Shown: positions 1 through 11,919, counted from the first letter of the stretch. The stretch is 51,286 bases of DNA from Chiloscyllium plagiosum (GCF_004010195.1 NC_057719.1:61981106-62032391); one strand, 5' to 3'. Notes: generated from the letters alone by a model not told the origin. Numbers and translations: made by a program.

Positions 1-182
1 TCTTTCTCTCTTTCTCTCTCTCTTTCTCTTTCTTTCTTTCTCTCTCTCTCTCTTTCTCTTTCTTTCTTTCTTTCGTTCTTTCTTTCTTTCTTTCTTTCTT
101 GCTCTCTCTCTCGCTTTTCTCTCTCTCGCCTTTTCTCTCTCGCTCTCTCGCTCTTTCTCTCGCTGTTTTTCTCTCTTTCTCT
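1..182. repeat. CT/CTTT-rich microsatellite
   Basis: Direct (CT)n/(CTTT)n polypyrimidine run. Confidence 0.95.
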
Positions 183-461
183 AGAGGGTGTAGGTTTTGG
201 GTGAGAGGGGAAAGATGTATAAGGGACTCAAGGGGCTACCTTTTCACACTGAGGCTGTGTGTGTATATGGAGTGAGCTGCCAGAGAAAGTGTGGATACTG
301 GTCCAATTCCATCTGGGTGGATATATGGATAGGAAGGGTTTAGAGGTATATGGGCCAAATGCTGACACATGGGATGAGATTCATTTAGGATATCTGATCG
401 GCATGGAGGAGTTTGATCGATGGGTCTATTTCCATGCTGTGCATTTCTATTTCTCTATGAC
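183..461 (+). mobile_element. CR1 LINE 3' fragment
   Basis: Similar to the CR1 3' piece at 23720-24016 (ggtgagaggggaaagat...ctgggtggatatatggatagg...tctctatgac tail). Confidence 0.8.
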
Positions 462-862
462 CCAAGCCTGTAGCTTTCTGCCTTATCAGAAATAGTATTC
501 CTGTTCCTTTGTCATTTGGTGTTACCTCGCTGTTCTCCCTTGGGAAATCGCTTATTTATGTTGCTTTGACTGCTACTTCCCAGGGATGGATAATTATCAT
601 TTTGCTTTTAATTCCTTGTCCCTTCAATTTTAGGAAACAGTTTTTTCTAGAGGGAGTTATTACTAATTTTTTCAGTCCCTGAACAGTTATTGACGTTTTA
701 AAATTTACTGTATCACAATAGGATTCCAGATACAACAATGCAGACAAAAAAAATCCTGTAATCATTATTGCAGTATCCTACTGTTTCTTCAGAGACTGCT
801 TTTGGAGAACGTTGAATGGATAGATTATGTTGGCTGGAACGGCAATCTTTATATGTAAATGA

Positions 863-1004
863 AAGGTAGTTCTTCTGTTACACAATGGTTGCGTTCTTGT
901 GCAACACCGTGTAATAGAAATATAAGTTTTAGAAATAGCGCTTAAAATGTTAGTGATGTAATGGCGTTGTGTGAACAAAACATGAATTGTAGCAGAATGA
1001 CCTG
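863..1004 (-). mobile_element. MITE (Tigger/pogo-like), internally deleted copy
   Basis: Reverse complement begins caggtcattctgctacaa, ends aagaactacct, and shares the core gttgcacaagaacgca with 7203-7422 and 11402-11609. Confidence 0.65.
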
Positions 1005-2189
1005 TTTCTACTACAGAATTCTCGTATTGTCACACTAGTGACAACATAACAGATTTTGTCATCCAAATTTGTCATCCAAGGATATCCATTGTCCCTGAGT
1101 TTAATAGTTTCAAAAGCTAATTTAAAACATCCTGTGAAAAACCTATGTTACACTGTTTGAGTGAGGAACAAAACTGTATTAATGCTGCACCAGCTAGAGT
1201 AGTGTCCTTTGTCTTAACTCAATTTACTTAAAACATCTCTTCTGTACAATTACTCTTATTGTTTGACAGGTACCATTCAATCAGTGGGTATAAAGACATA
1301 GACATGCTGTCTGTTGAAGTGGTCCAGACCAAGATTTTATACTTGAGGCTGTACTTGGTCTGTACTGGCAGGTGTAAGCCATTAATAGTGAATTTAACAA
1401 TGAAGTAACTCATGTGGTAAGTCCTTGTCCACAAATGACCTTTCTTTACAAATGCCTTTTAAAAAACATTTTGATGCCATAACCATAAATACTGCAGCAA
1501 CTGTACTGAGGAAAGTGCATCAAGTTGGAATAAGTATGCTTCCTAACTTTGATGTTATTAAATCCTGTCTGGATTGATGTTATATTGTGGGTAGTATTTT
1601 AAAGTTAGTGCAGCAATATGATTTAAATTGTCAACTCCCATCCACTCCCTCTTTCACAAATAACTACTAGTACTTAACGAAAAGCTTGATCGGGCTCACA
1701 GGACTGTTTAGAAGAAACTTACAAATGTAATTTTATTTTTAATTGTGCAAACACTTTTTTAAAAGATAAAATTATGAAAAAATGTTATTTCATAAATATA
1801 GTGCGAACCATTCAAAGAACCTTTTGTGCCTGTACTGTCATTACTAACAGATAATGAATATGGACTCCATCATATGAAGCTTAGCCCAGCGGGTTTTGTT
1901 TAAAAAAAACCTTTTAAAATCTTTAACTGGCACAAGTTAATGATAGAAAGTAGAAGTAATCTAGTGTGCAATAATTATAAATTTGGCTTCTTCTCATTGT
2001 CAGAATAACTGAGACAATTCTTTTATACTGGTTCAAAATAAAACAAATCTTTGAAATATTCCTTTTTTTTTTAAAAAGTGGTGAAATGTAATCATAGAAT
2101 CCCTGATTTCGCTACTGGTCTGCTGGTTTTCGCTAATAGCTGGCAGGCACAAAATCATAATTGAACCAATTGAACCGATAAATGGCAAA

Positions 2190-3124
2190 AGTACACATTA
2201 GACTGCTGGAAAATGATGCTGAAATGATGATAGTTACGGTGAACAAGGAAATTGCTGAGGAACTGAATAATTACTTTGCTTGAGTCTTCACAGTTGAACG
2301 CACAAGTAATATCCCAAAAATTCAACAGAGTGAGGGGACAGAGTTGAGTATGGTGGCCACCATCAAGGAGAAGATGCTAGGAAAACTGAATGGCCTGAAG
2401 ATAGATAAATCACCTGGACCTAATGGACTACACCCCAGAGTTCAAAGGGAGATAGCTTAAAAAATTGTCAAGGCGTTCATGGTGGTCTTTCAGGAATCAC
2501 TAAAATCAAGAAGGGTCTCAGAGGACTAGAAAATAGCTAACATGACACCCCTGTTTAAAAAGAAATTAAGGCAAAAGATGGAAAATTACAGATTGATTAG
2601 CCTATTTTGGTCGTAAGGTCCTGGAATCCATTGTAAAAGATGAGATTCGTGAAGACTTGGAAGTGTATGGTAAAATAGGGAAAAGTCAGCATGGTTTCAT
2701 GAAGGGGGGGTCATGCCTGACAAATCTGTTAGAATTCTTTAAGGAAGTAATGAGTAGGCTGGACCAAGGAGAGCCAATGAATGTTATCCATCTGGACTTC
2801 ATGAAAGCATTTGACAAGGTGCCGCATAGGAGGCTACTGAATAAGTGAAGGACCCATGGTGTTCGAGGCAAGGTGCTAGCATGGATGGAAGCTTGGCTGT
2901 GTGGCAGAAAGCAGAGAGTGGGGATAAAAGGGTCCTTCTCAGGATGGCAGCAGGTGACCAGTGGTGTTCTGCAAGGCTCAGTGTTGGGACCACATCTTTT
3001 CACTTTCTACCTTGATGATCTAGATGAAGGAACAGAGGACAATCTGGCTAAGTTTGCAAATGATATAAAGCTAGATAGAAGTTCAGGTAGCATTGAAGAG
3101 ACAGGGAGGCTGCAGAAAGATTTA
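2190..3124 (+). mobile_element. CR1 LINE ORF2 (RT) remnant, 5' part
   Basis: Motifs KSPGP, SQHGFMKG.SCLTNLLEFF, LDFMKAFDKVPH, GVLQGSVLGP, KFAND; multiple stops and frameshifts. Confidence 0.92.
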
Positions 3125-4744
3125 GGAGAAAGTGAGGACTGCAGATGCTGGAGATCAGAGCTGAAAATGTGTTGCTGGAAAAGCACAGCAGGTCAGGCAG
3201 CATCCAAGGAGCAGGAGAATCGATGTTTCGGGCATGAGGCCTTCTTCAGGAATGAGGAGAGTGTGCCAAGCAGGCTAAGCTAAAAGGTAGGGAGGAGGGA
3301 CTTGGGGGAGGGGCNNNNNNNNNNNNNNNNNNNNNNNNNNNNNNNNNNNNNNNNNNNNNNNNNNNNNNNNNNNNNNNNNNNNNNNNNNNNNNNNNNNNNN
3401 NNNNNNNNNNNNNNNNNNNNNNNNNNNNNNNNNNNNNNNNNNNNNNNNNNNNNNNNNNNNNNNNNNNNNNNNNNNNNNNNNNNNNNNNNNNNNNNNNNNN
3501 NNNNNNNNNNNNNNNNNNNNNNNNNNNNNNNNNNNNNNNNNNNNNNNNNNNNNNNNNNNNNNNNNNNNNNNNNNNNNNNNNNNNNNNNNNNNNNNNNNNN
3601 NNNNNNNNNNNNNNNNNNNNNNNNNNNNNNNNNNNNNNNNNNNNNNNNNNNNNNNNNNNNNNNNNNNNNNNNNNNNNNNNNNNNNNNNNNNNNNNNNNNN
3701 NNNNNNNNNNNNNNNNNNNNNNNNNNNNNNNNNNNNNNNNNNNNNNNNNNNNNNNNNNNNNNNNNNNNNNNNNNNNNNNNNNGGGAGGGAAATATATCCC
3801 TGGTGGTGGGGTCCGTTTGGAGGTGGCGGAAATGATGACGGATGATATGATGTATATGGGAATTGGTCGGGTGGTAGGTGAGGACCAGTGGGGTGCTGTC
3901 CTGGTGGCGATTGGAGGGGTGGGCTCAAGGGAAGAAGAGGAGCGGGAAGTGGAGGAGATGCAGTGGAGAGCATCGTCGATCACGTCTGGGGGGGAATTGC
4001 GGTCTTTGAGGAAGGAGGCCATCTGGGTTGTTCGGTATTGGAACTGGTCCTCCTGGAAGCAGATGCGGCGGAGACGAAGGAATTGGGAATATGGGATGGC
4101 GTTTTTACACGGGGCAGGGTGGGAGGAGGTGTAGTCTCGGTAGCTGTGGGAGTCGGTCGGTTTATAGTAAATGTCCGCGTTGATTCGGTCGCCCTAGATA
4201 GAAATGGAGAGGTCGAGGAAGAGGAGGGAGGAATCTGAGACGGTCCAGATAAATTTGAGGTCGTAGTGGAAGGTGTGGGTAAAGTGGATGAACTGTTCAA
4301 CCTCCTCGTGGGAGCACGAGGCAGCGCCAATACAGTCATCGATTTAGCGGAGGAAAAGGTGGGAGGTGGTGCCAATGTAGTTGCGGATGATGGACTGTTC
4401 CACATATCCTACGAAGAGGCAGGCATAGCTGGGTCCCATGCGGGTGCCTATGGCTGCTTCTTTGGTTTAGAGGAAGTGGGAGGATTGGAAAGAGAAGTTG
4501 TTCAGAGTGTGGACCAGTTCAGTCAGTCGAAGGAGGGTGTCAGTGGAAGGGTACTGGTTGGTACGGCGGGAAAGGAAGAAGCGGTGGGCTTTGAGTCCTT
4601 CATGATGGGGGATGGAGGTGTACAGGGACTGGATGTCCATGGTGAAGATAAGGCATTGGGGACCGGGGAAGTGAAAATCATGGAGGAGGTGCAGGGCGTG
4701 GGTGGTGTCCCGAACGTAGGTGGGGAGTTCTTGGACTAAGGGGA
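3125..4744 (-). mobile_element. Penelope-like element (RT, 5'-truncated; central N gap), nested in CR1
   Basis: Minus-strand VQELPTYVRDTTHAL, FTMDIQSLYTSIPH and LNNFSFQSSHFL; terminal repeat with a hammerhead-like motif; homologous to 39848-41540. Confidence 0.92.
3217..3254 (-). ncRNA. Degenerate minimal hammerhead ribozyme in Penelope terminus
   Basis: Minus strand CUGAAGA-AGGCC-UCAU-GCCC-GAAA-CAUC; stem II mismatch and ACGU changed to ACAU. Confidence 0.55.
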
Positions 4745-4829
4745 ACGGAGAGCAGACTTCACAGAAAATTCTGAGCACCTGAACAAAATAGTGCCTGCCT
4801 GTCTCGTTCGGATAATCGAGGTTCTTCTG
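4745..4829. mobile_element. Right-end remnant of a Tigger/pogo-like DNA element
   Basis: Ends gttcggataatcgaggttcttctg, resembling a CAG..AACCTCGATTATCCG-type TIR (from recall); lies between the Penelope and the resumed CR1. Confidence 0.4.
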
Positions 4830-4831
4830 TC

Positions 4832-5632
4832 CTGGCCTTGGAGCGTGTTCAAAGGAGGTTCACAAGAATGAACAGCTTAACATCTGAGGAATGTGTGAGG
4901 ACTCTGAGCCTATACTCAATGGAGTTTAGAAGAATGAGGGGAGGTCTAATTGAAGCAGACAGAATACTGAATGACCTGGATAGAGTAGATGTTGGGAAGA
5001 TTAGATGAGATTCCCTACAGCATGGAAACAGGGCCTTCGGCCCAACAAGTCCACACCGACTCTCCGAAGAATAACCCACCCAGATCCATTCCCATACCTT
5101 ATATTTACCCATGACTAATGAAACTAATACTATGGGTAATTTCGCATGGCCAATTCACCCGAACTGCACATTTTTGGATTGTGGGAGGAAATCGGAGCAC
5201 CTGGAGGAAACCCACGCAGACACTGGGAGAATGTGCAATGTCTCCACACAGACAGTCACACAAGGTGGGAATCGAACCTGTGAGGCAACAGTGCTAACCG
5301 CTGAGCCACTATGCCGCCTTCCATGGGTAAATGAGACTAGGACCCGAGAGCATGGCCTGATAGTAAAGGGAAGACCTTTTTCACAAAGGAAAGGAGAAAC
5401 CTTTTCAGCCAGACAGTGGTGAATCTATTGAATTCATTGCGACAAAAAGCTGTGGAGGCTAGGTCATTGAGAATATTTAAGACTCAGTTAGATAGATAGA
5501 TTCTTGAGTATCGAGGGGATCAAGGGATACGGGGAGAAAGCGATTGAGAAACTTATCAGCCTTGATTGAATGGTGGAGCAGACTCAATGGGCTGAATTGC
5601 CTAATTTCTGCTCCTGTGTCTTATGGTCTTAT
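4832..5632 (+). mobile_element. CR1 LINE 3' part (interrupted by a SINE at ~5000-5318)
   Basis: ALERVQRRFTRM...EFRRMRGGLIEA motifs and a tcttatggtcttat 3' tail. Confidence 0.85.
5000..5318 (-). mobile_element. HE1-like tRNA-derived SINE
   Basis: Minus strand has A box TGGCTCAGCGG, B box GGTTCGATTCC, a central core, and a CR1-like tail ending (tctaa)n. Confidence 0.88.
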
Positions 5633-5931
5633 CATTCTTAAAGACATACTTTATTCTCCATGCCCTTTGTTTACATATCTGTCATGAACAGTCTGACAGT
5701 ACCAAAAGATATTTTTTAACAGAAAAGATATGATGAAAGGGTTGCTTATAACTTCAAAATTATGTAACCGATGACTTCAAACTTCTCGTAATAATATTAA
5801 CCAAATTGTTACACAGAAGGGTGAAGTCGAGATATACCCTTAGTCAATACATAGAAATTTAAATGTTGTTACAAAGTTAACTCTTAAAATAAATATTAAG
5901 TTCAGTTAAATCTAATTATTTTTAGGTTTTT

Positions 5932-6247
5932 TTAGATTAGATTCCCTACAGTGTGCAAATCGGCCCTTCGGTCCGACAAATCCACACCAACCATCTGAAG
6001 AGTAACCGACCCAGACTCATTTCCCTACATTTACCCCTGACAAATGCACCTAACACTATGGGCAATTTAACTTGACTAATTCACCTGACCTGCACATCTT
6101 TGCACTGTGGGAGGAAACTGGAGCACCTGGAGGAAACCCACTCAGACACAGGGAGAACATGCAAACTGACAGTCGCCCAAGGCTGGAATGAACCTCGGTC
6201 CCTGACACTGTGGGGCAGCAGTGTGAACCACTGAGCCACCGTGCTGT
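5932..6247 (-). mobile_element. HE1-like SINE
   Basis: Same family as 5000-5318; ttagattagatt tail and tRNA-like head gcacggtggctcagtggtt. Confidence 0.88.
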
Positions 6248-7202
6248 CCAGAAGAAATTTTCACTTTTTCTGCAGATCTGGTGGTTTTGAGTTAAGTGCA
6301 TAAGTCAAGCTCTGATATTGCGCTGACTCAACTGAAATAAAACACAGAACCTTCCCATAAACAAACATTGTAATGTCTTAGAAGAGAAGCAAAACCAATG
6401 CAGGGCACAGCTGCTTCTTTCTGTTTGCAATCTTGTCATGTGTTTTTTTTTGGTAATTGAGATTTAACAGAGTCCCATGATATTAAGCTACTAAAGTCTA
6501 TGTTGATTACAGTTAAGCTGGCTAATATATTACTGGATTAATCAATGAATATACTTTGTGTGTTTATAACATAAGTAAATTAATCAAGAAGCACTCATTT
6601 CCCAACTAATCCCGCACTGGATAGATATGCTGAGATGGACCATAGGTTTTCATTATCTTCAACTATTTCGTTATGACTGTGAAACAAGGCTGCAGATTTG
6701 GGTATCTATCAAATGGTGGCTTGGGATCAAGTTTAAGATTCTTATCAGCACAAGACAACCTGTCTGAAAAATGGTTTAATATTAGAAGCAGTAAAGGCAA
6801 ATCAACGTGGTGATTTTTAAAAAAGTGATTCTATTGAAGAAAATGAATACCTAATTGATAAGATTTGCATTTTAACGTATTCTCAACAAAGTTGCTATAA
6901 GGGTTGCTAAATCTTGATCGACTGAATTCCATTTATATGCAAATGCTGCTTCTCTAGAAATTGAATATTTCGAGCAATTTTGCCTACATCATGAAGGTGG
7001 TTGAAAGTCTTACTTTTGCTCCTATTAGCCAACTTATTTATAAACAAAATCTCATATTTAGAGTCTAGATATCAATGAAACTTGGTTCATGGAGTATGAC
7101 TCAAGGAAGAACTATTTAGCTTTAGGTCAGATGTAAGCTGAATCTTGGAATTTTTTATTGGATTCATTAACATTTAGAAATGGGGCTAATGTTTTACTAA
7201 TA

Positions 7203-7422
7203 CAGGTTGTTTTGTTCCAACTCGCACTTCAGTCAAGGCAAATTCGCTGTAATGAGATTGACGAATTTGGAGCATTGTTTCTACAGAGCAAACTTTCAAA
7301 CCATCCATTGGCAATAACGGGATTACAGCGTCAACACTTTAAGCGCTGTTTCTAAAGTGGGATTTTTCTATATCGTGGAGTTGCACAAGAATGCAAGCAT
7401 TGCATTATAGAAAAACTGACTC
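7203..7422 (+). mobile_element. MITE (Tigger/pogo-like), TA-flanked
   Basis: TA|caggttgttttg...tatagaaaaactgactc|TA; degenerate TIRs; related to 863-1004 and 11402-11609. Confidence 0.65.
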
Positions 7423-7590
7423 TAATATTATTTGATGTAGAATGTTGTGAATTATCACAGCAACTGTGATGCAATTTTTCCCGTCTGTCAAAATATGAGC
7501 AGAGTTTTTAGAACAAGTTGTTGGATGTGGATTGGTCTGAAGACCCATCAGTAAGTTGGAAGCTCTGAATACAAAGATTTATTTCTTAAG

Positions 7591-7635
7591 CGTTTGTAGT
7601 TACAGAACATCAACCTGGCAGGAAAAACCCTCCAG
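7591..7635 (+). CDS. Candidate small internal exon (phase 1-1, xFVVTEHQPGRKNPP)
   Basis: Acceptor atttatttcttaag (in-frame alternatives at 7599 and 7605), strong donor CAG|GTAAGT, 45 nt, phase-compatible with the exon at 15789. Confidence 0.35.
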
Positions 7636-8211
7636 GTAAGTGCTATGTATTTGTAATAAAATTGAGGGAACAGCACATTGAAGATATTCACTCTAGTGAA
7701 TGCCCTCTGTATTTGTCAGTTCTTGTTTCTTTTTCGTCAGAATTTCTATATATGAAACCTGAATATAAATTTCTGCTATGGGTTTGTTGCATAAAATACC
7801 AGTGAATTTACTGGCTTTCACTACAGAGTGTGGGCAATTATTACTTCATGACTCAATTAATTAACTGTTATGTGTTTTTTATGGGTCAGTAATTGTTTCT
7901 TATTAAATTTTTATAAATTAGTTTAGTTCAAGAGAATTTGAATCTGAGAGCGTGCTGTGGATATTTGCCAGGCCTATTTTTGTGTTGGATAAGCAATTCA
8001 GTGCTCTGAATTTGTTTGAGCTTGAGATTGTTAGTCGAATAGTAAGAATTTCATACTCCTGGTCACATGATATTCCCATTGTCAATTATAAACCTCAATC
8101 AGCTTACCGTTATGCTTGCCTAAAGTTAGGTTATGGCTCTTTAGCTTGCCTTTAAACCTCAATAACACTCTCCATGCAAAGAGACCAAAACTGAATACAG
8201 ATCAGAGAAGT

Positions 8212-8430
8212 GAATCCCAGAATTGTACAGCACTGAAGGGGGCAATTTTGTCTACTGTGTCTGCATCTACTCTCTGTGGAGCGTTTTACCTAGTGTCACT
8301 CATGTGCCTGCTCTTTGTAGCCCTGCACATGCGTCCTGCATATTTCATTCTTCCCTTCAGATATCCTCCAATTTCCTCTTGAATAGGGAGAACCAGTTTC
8401 CACTAGCAGCTCTCTGAACTGGACTCAATA
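8212..8430 (-). mobile_element. Old CR1 3' remnant (longer in copy 2, 30656-31160)
   Basis: Reverse complement resembles a CR1 3' UTR (ccttcagtgctgtacaattctgggattc). Confidence 0.5.
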
Positions 8431-8459
8431 CTTCAGGCTGATCTATTCTCCTATACATA

Positions 8460-8570
8460 CCGTATATACTGGAGTAAAATTCAATCTCATGTAAAACTCG
8501 ACCCTGATTTTTGGCCGAAATTCTGAAATTTCCACATATTTCATGTAAAAGTCAACCTCAGTTCTTCACA
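8460..8570 (+). mobile_element. Left end of a Tc2/pogo-like DNA transposon remnant
   Basis: TA|CCGTATATACT(G)GAGTA followed by repeated catgtaaaa(c/g)tc.acc motifs; no matching right end established. Confidence 0.45.
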
Positions 8571-8702
8571 GATAACAGATCAACATTTGTGTCGAAAGGT
8601 ATTGTCTTATATATAAATGTTATAATGAGAAAATTAATTTTTTTCATGCTATTATGTGTTTTAATATAAATTCTCCTTTCGTCTAAGAAGTATGCATTAG
8701 AG

Positions 8703-10813
8703 CCGACCTGGGCATTTTACGGCCCGCGGGCCATATCTGGCCCTTTGGTCGTTCCTGTTCGGCCCGCATGAGGTCAATCTTAAATTAGAACATAAATGAA
8801 AAAGTATTTACACCATGCATGCAATACAACTGTGTTGCTTTTGTTTTGAAAATGATGCTTTTTTTCTTTACATATGGAAGCACATGCACATGTATGTGCG
8901 TGCGTGAACAGCTAAAAGTGATGCTTGCTGGCTAGCCCTCAAAATGTCAGCTCACGCCAAGACAAGTTATGTCATATCCCACAAAAGTGCCAGAAACAGT
9001 AAACCATTTTCTGATGGAGAGTTTATAAAGGAGTGCTTGTTGGACTCTGCAGAACTAATATGCCCGGATAAAAAGGAGGCATTTGAGAATGTGCCCCTCT
9101 CCTGACGCACTGTAACGAGAAGGATTGGGGACATTGCGAGAAATCTGGAGCTTCAGCTGCAGCACAGAGTGGTCAGCTTTGACTTTTTTTCCTTGGCTTT
9201 GGATGAGAGCTGTGACGTACGTGACACAGCCCAGCTACTCATCTTTGTACGTGGAATAACTACGTACTTTAAGATCACGGAGGAGCTGGCAACCATGCAG
9301 TTAATGGAAGAAACAACAACTGGTAATGATTTGTTCACGGAGGTAAATGCATGTTTGGACACATTGGGACTAAAATGGGACAAGCTGGTGGGTGTGACAA
9401 TGAATTCTTGTTCAAATCTAATGGGAAAAATGTTGGACTCTTAAAGAGAATGCAGGATAAAGTGACAGAAATTGACCCTGAACAGAAATTGGTATGTTTG
9501 CATTGTATTATACATCAGGAAGTGTTGTGTAAGTCAGTGTTAAAAATTAACCATGTGGTTGATGTTGTAACTAAAATAGTTAACTTCATCAGGGCAAGAG
9601 CTTTGAATCACAGGCAGTTTGTTGCGCTTTTGGAGGAAAATGAGACTGAACATCGTGACATTGGCTACCACACAGCTGTCACGTGACTCAGCCTGGGCAA
9701 AATGCTGAAAAGTGTATGGGACCTGAGAGAAGAGATTCAAGATTTTTGTGTGAAGAAAGGAAATGGCATTCCACAGCTTTCGATGCAGACTGGATTGCAG
9801 ACCTTGATTTTGCTGTTGATGTGACTGCACTTATGAATGAACTAAATGTGAAACTGCAGTGCAAGGGCCTTTTTGTGCATGAAATGTACAACTTGGTGAA
9901 GGATTTTGTGATAAAGTTGCAGCTTCTCTCAAGCCAAATGGAAGACAACATTCTCACCCACTTGCCGACACTGAAGGAAGCTGCACCTTCAGCTGATCAC
10001 CTCCACAGGTATTCATCTATGTTGGAAGCACTGCATGGTGAATTTTCAAGACTTTAAAATGGTTGAGAATGAAATGCACATGATTTTTTCCCCCTACATG
10101 CAATGTGGAGAATGCACCTCGTGATGTTCAGCTTGAACTCATTGACTTGCAGTCTAACACAGAGTACTTTAGGTCAGTCTCACTGCTTGATTTTTACTCT
10201 TCCCTCAAAGAGGAGAACTTTCCACACATGTGGCATACTCAGAAGATTCTAGTCCTCTTTGGATCTACCTATATATACATTCTCAGTGATGGAGTTCAAC
10301 AAATCCAAATAGAGATCCTCTATCACTGATGATCACCCCTCAGCTGTCCTTCGCATATCCACCTCAGACATTCAACCAGGTTTCAGTGCACTTGTTCAAG
10401 CCCGAAACAGACTGGATTTTTCTCACTTAACAAGTAAAATGAACTGAAAAACATCAAAAGCACTTATTGCTTTTTGTATAGAGTTGTTTGTAATACTGAA
10501 CAATAATGAAACAACTTTTCATTTATTGGTTTGTGAGATTAACATGTTAAAAATAAAATGAAATACTGAAATTATTGTTTTTACTGTTTCTTTTATATTT
10601 GACCTACTCCACAATTTCATATCTTTATTTTAACAGAATGTCCTTATTCTATTGATTCTAAGTTTCAGTGCACGAATATATAATTTAGGACTGTTTACAG
10701 TGGGAGAAAATTAATACTGAGCAGAAATATGTTCAACTTATTGTTGGTTTGGCCCTCCAACACAATTCAGGTTTCTTATGTGGCCCCTTGGAAGAATTAA
10801 TTGCCCACCCCTG
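8703..10813 (+). mobile_element. hAT-Charlie DNA transposon (GTF2IRD2-like transposase), inactive
   Basis: 8-bp TSD CATTAGAG at 8695-8702 and 10814-10821; imperfect TIRs ccgacctgggcattt / aattgcccacccctg; subterminal GGCCCGCGGGCC; FSLALDESCD, HCIIHQE and FGSTY motifs. Confidence 0.95.
8944..10430 (+). pseudogene. hAT transposase pseudogene lacking the N-terminal Zn-finger region
   Basis: ATG TCA GCT runs in frame into KTSYVISHK..SKPFSDGEFIKECL; early TGA (~9103) and several frameshifts; ends ...DFSH* at ~10430. Confidence 0.85.
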
Positions 10814-10862
10814 CATTAGAGTATCCAATACTCTATTTCTTGTAATTTAGCTATTTCTGTAT

Positions 10863-11090
10863 CTATATTGCCATTGTCCGTTTTATACCTAGAGTTACAC
10901 ATTTGTCCACAAGTCTGTTGTGTGGTCCTTTATCAAATGCTTTGTGAAGGCTGAGGTATTCCACTAGAAAAGCATTATTATCATTAAAATATCTGTTACC
11001 TAAAATAAAAACCTCCAGTAAGTTAGTCATGATCTGCCCAAACAAATCCATGTTGTTTTCCTTAATTAACTTTGATTTACCCTGCTGCAC
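10863..11090 (-). mobile_element. Degenerate CR1 RT fragment
   Basis: MTNLLEVF...YLSLHKAFDKGPHNRLV motif. Confidence 0.7.
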
Positions 11091-11401
11091 TCTTAAGTTT
11101 GTACACTCAGACCCTTCCTGCCATGTCTGATTATCATTTCTTTTAATGTTACCTTGCCCTCATCTTGTCTTTTCACTTTAGCACATCTTTCCTCACTTGA
11201 TTTCTTGTCATCTTTATTTAGTTTAAAAACCCTCTCTCCTGTCTTAGTTATATGAATCACCAGAATACTGTTCCCTGCATGGTTCAGGTAAAGACCACCT
11301 AGCTCCCACTTTCCCCATACTGGTGCCTGTACCCTCTGAAACAAAATGCATTAATCCATACTGATTTTTGAGCTACATGTTTAACTTTATAGTCTTTACT
11401 A

Positions 11402-11609
11402 CAGATCATTCTGCTATAATGTACATTTTGTAAATACAAATTTGCTATAATGAATTGGTGGCACTTTCCAAAGTGCGAACATTTAAAACGTGTATTGCTG
11501 TAACACCACTACAGTGCCAATACTTGAAGTACAGTTTCTAAAGCACAATTTTTCCATAACACGGGGTTGCACAAGAACGCAGCCATCTTCTCTCATGAAG
11601 AACTACCTC
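11402..11609 (+). mobile_element. MITE (Tigger/pogo-like)
   Basis: TA|cagatcattctgctataa...gaagaactacct; same family as 7203-7422. Confidence 0.65.
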
Positions 11610-11699
11610 AACCCCTCTCTAGTTTGCTCAGATAATAATCCTGACATTATTAGCTTTGAGATTTATCTTTTAAATTTAGTCTTCTGCTCATGCTCCCCA

Positions 11700-11865
11700 A
11701 GCAGAACCCCCGTTGGCCATTATTTTAATTCTTTGCCTTGGTCTAATGCTCACTTCTCTTGTTCTATCCTGCAGTGTTCCAATTCAGCTCAAGGAACAGT
11801 ATCTCATCTTTCAATTAGACGTGCTCCAGCATTCCGGACTCACCATGAGTTTTTAAAATTCAGAC
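11700..11865 (+). mobile_element. Old Penelope GIY-YIG C-terminal fragment
   Basis: PVGHYFNS..SNAHFS..LQCS, then frameshifted EQYLIFQL...GLTMSF; resembles the end of the PLE endonuclease. Confidence 0.55.
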
Positions 11866-11919
11866 AAATTTCTGCCCCATTTTTCTTTCCTTTTCCTTGT
11901 ACAGGATTTTTTTTCTCCC

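Noticed and set aside
3246..4022. Long ORFs spanning N runs (also 25460-26206, 39790-41577, 43753-44529, 48747-50039)
   Set aside because: Lengths are inflated by assembly gaps; only the retroelement-derived parts are meaningful.
5240..5318. tRNA-like A/B boxes (also near 6200, 28050, 28640 and 46380)
   Set aside because: These are SINE heads, not tRNA genes; no full cloverleaf.
7952..8382. Short ORFs identical in both copies (also 16540-16722, 19207-19416)
   Set aside because: Identity is explained by the recent duplication; no splice or homology support.
9169..10329. GTF2IRD2/ZBED-like host gene
   Set aside because: TIRs, TSD, stops and frameshifts show a dead transposon, not a domesticated gene.
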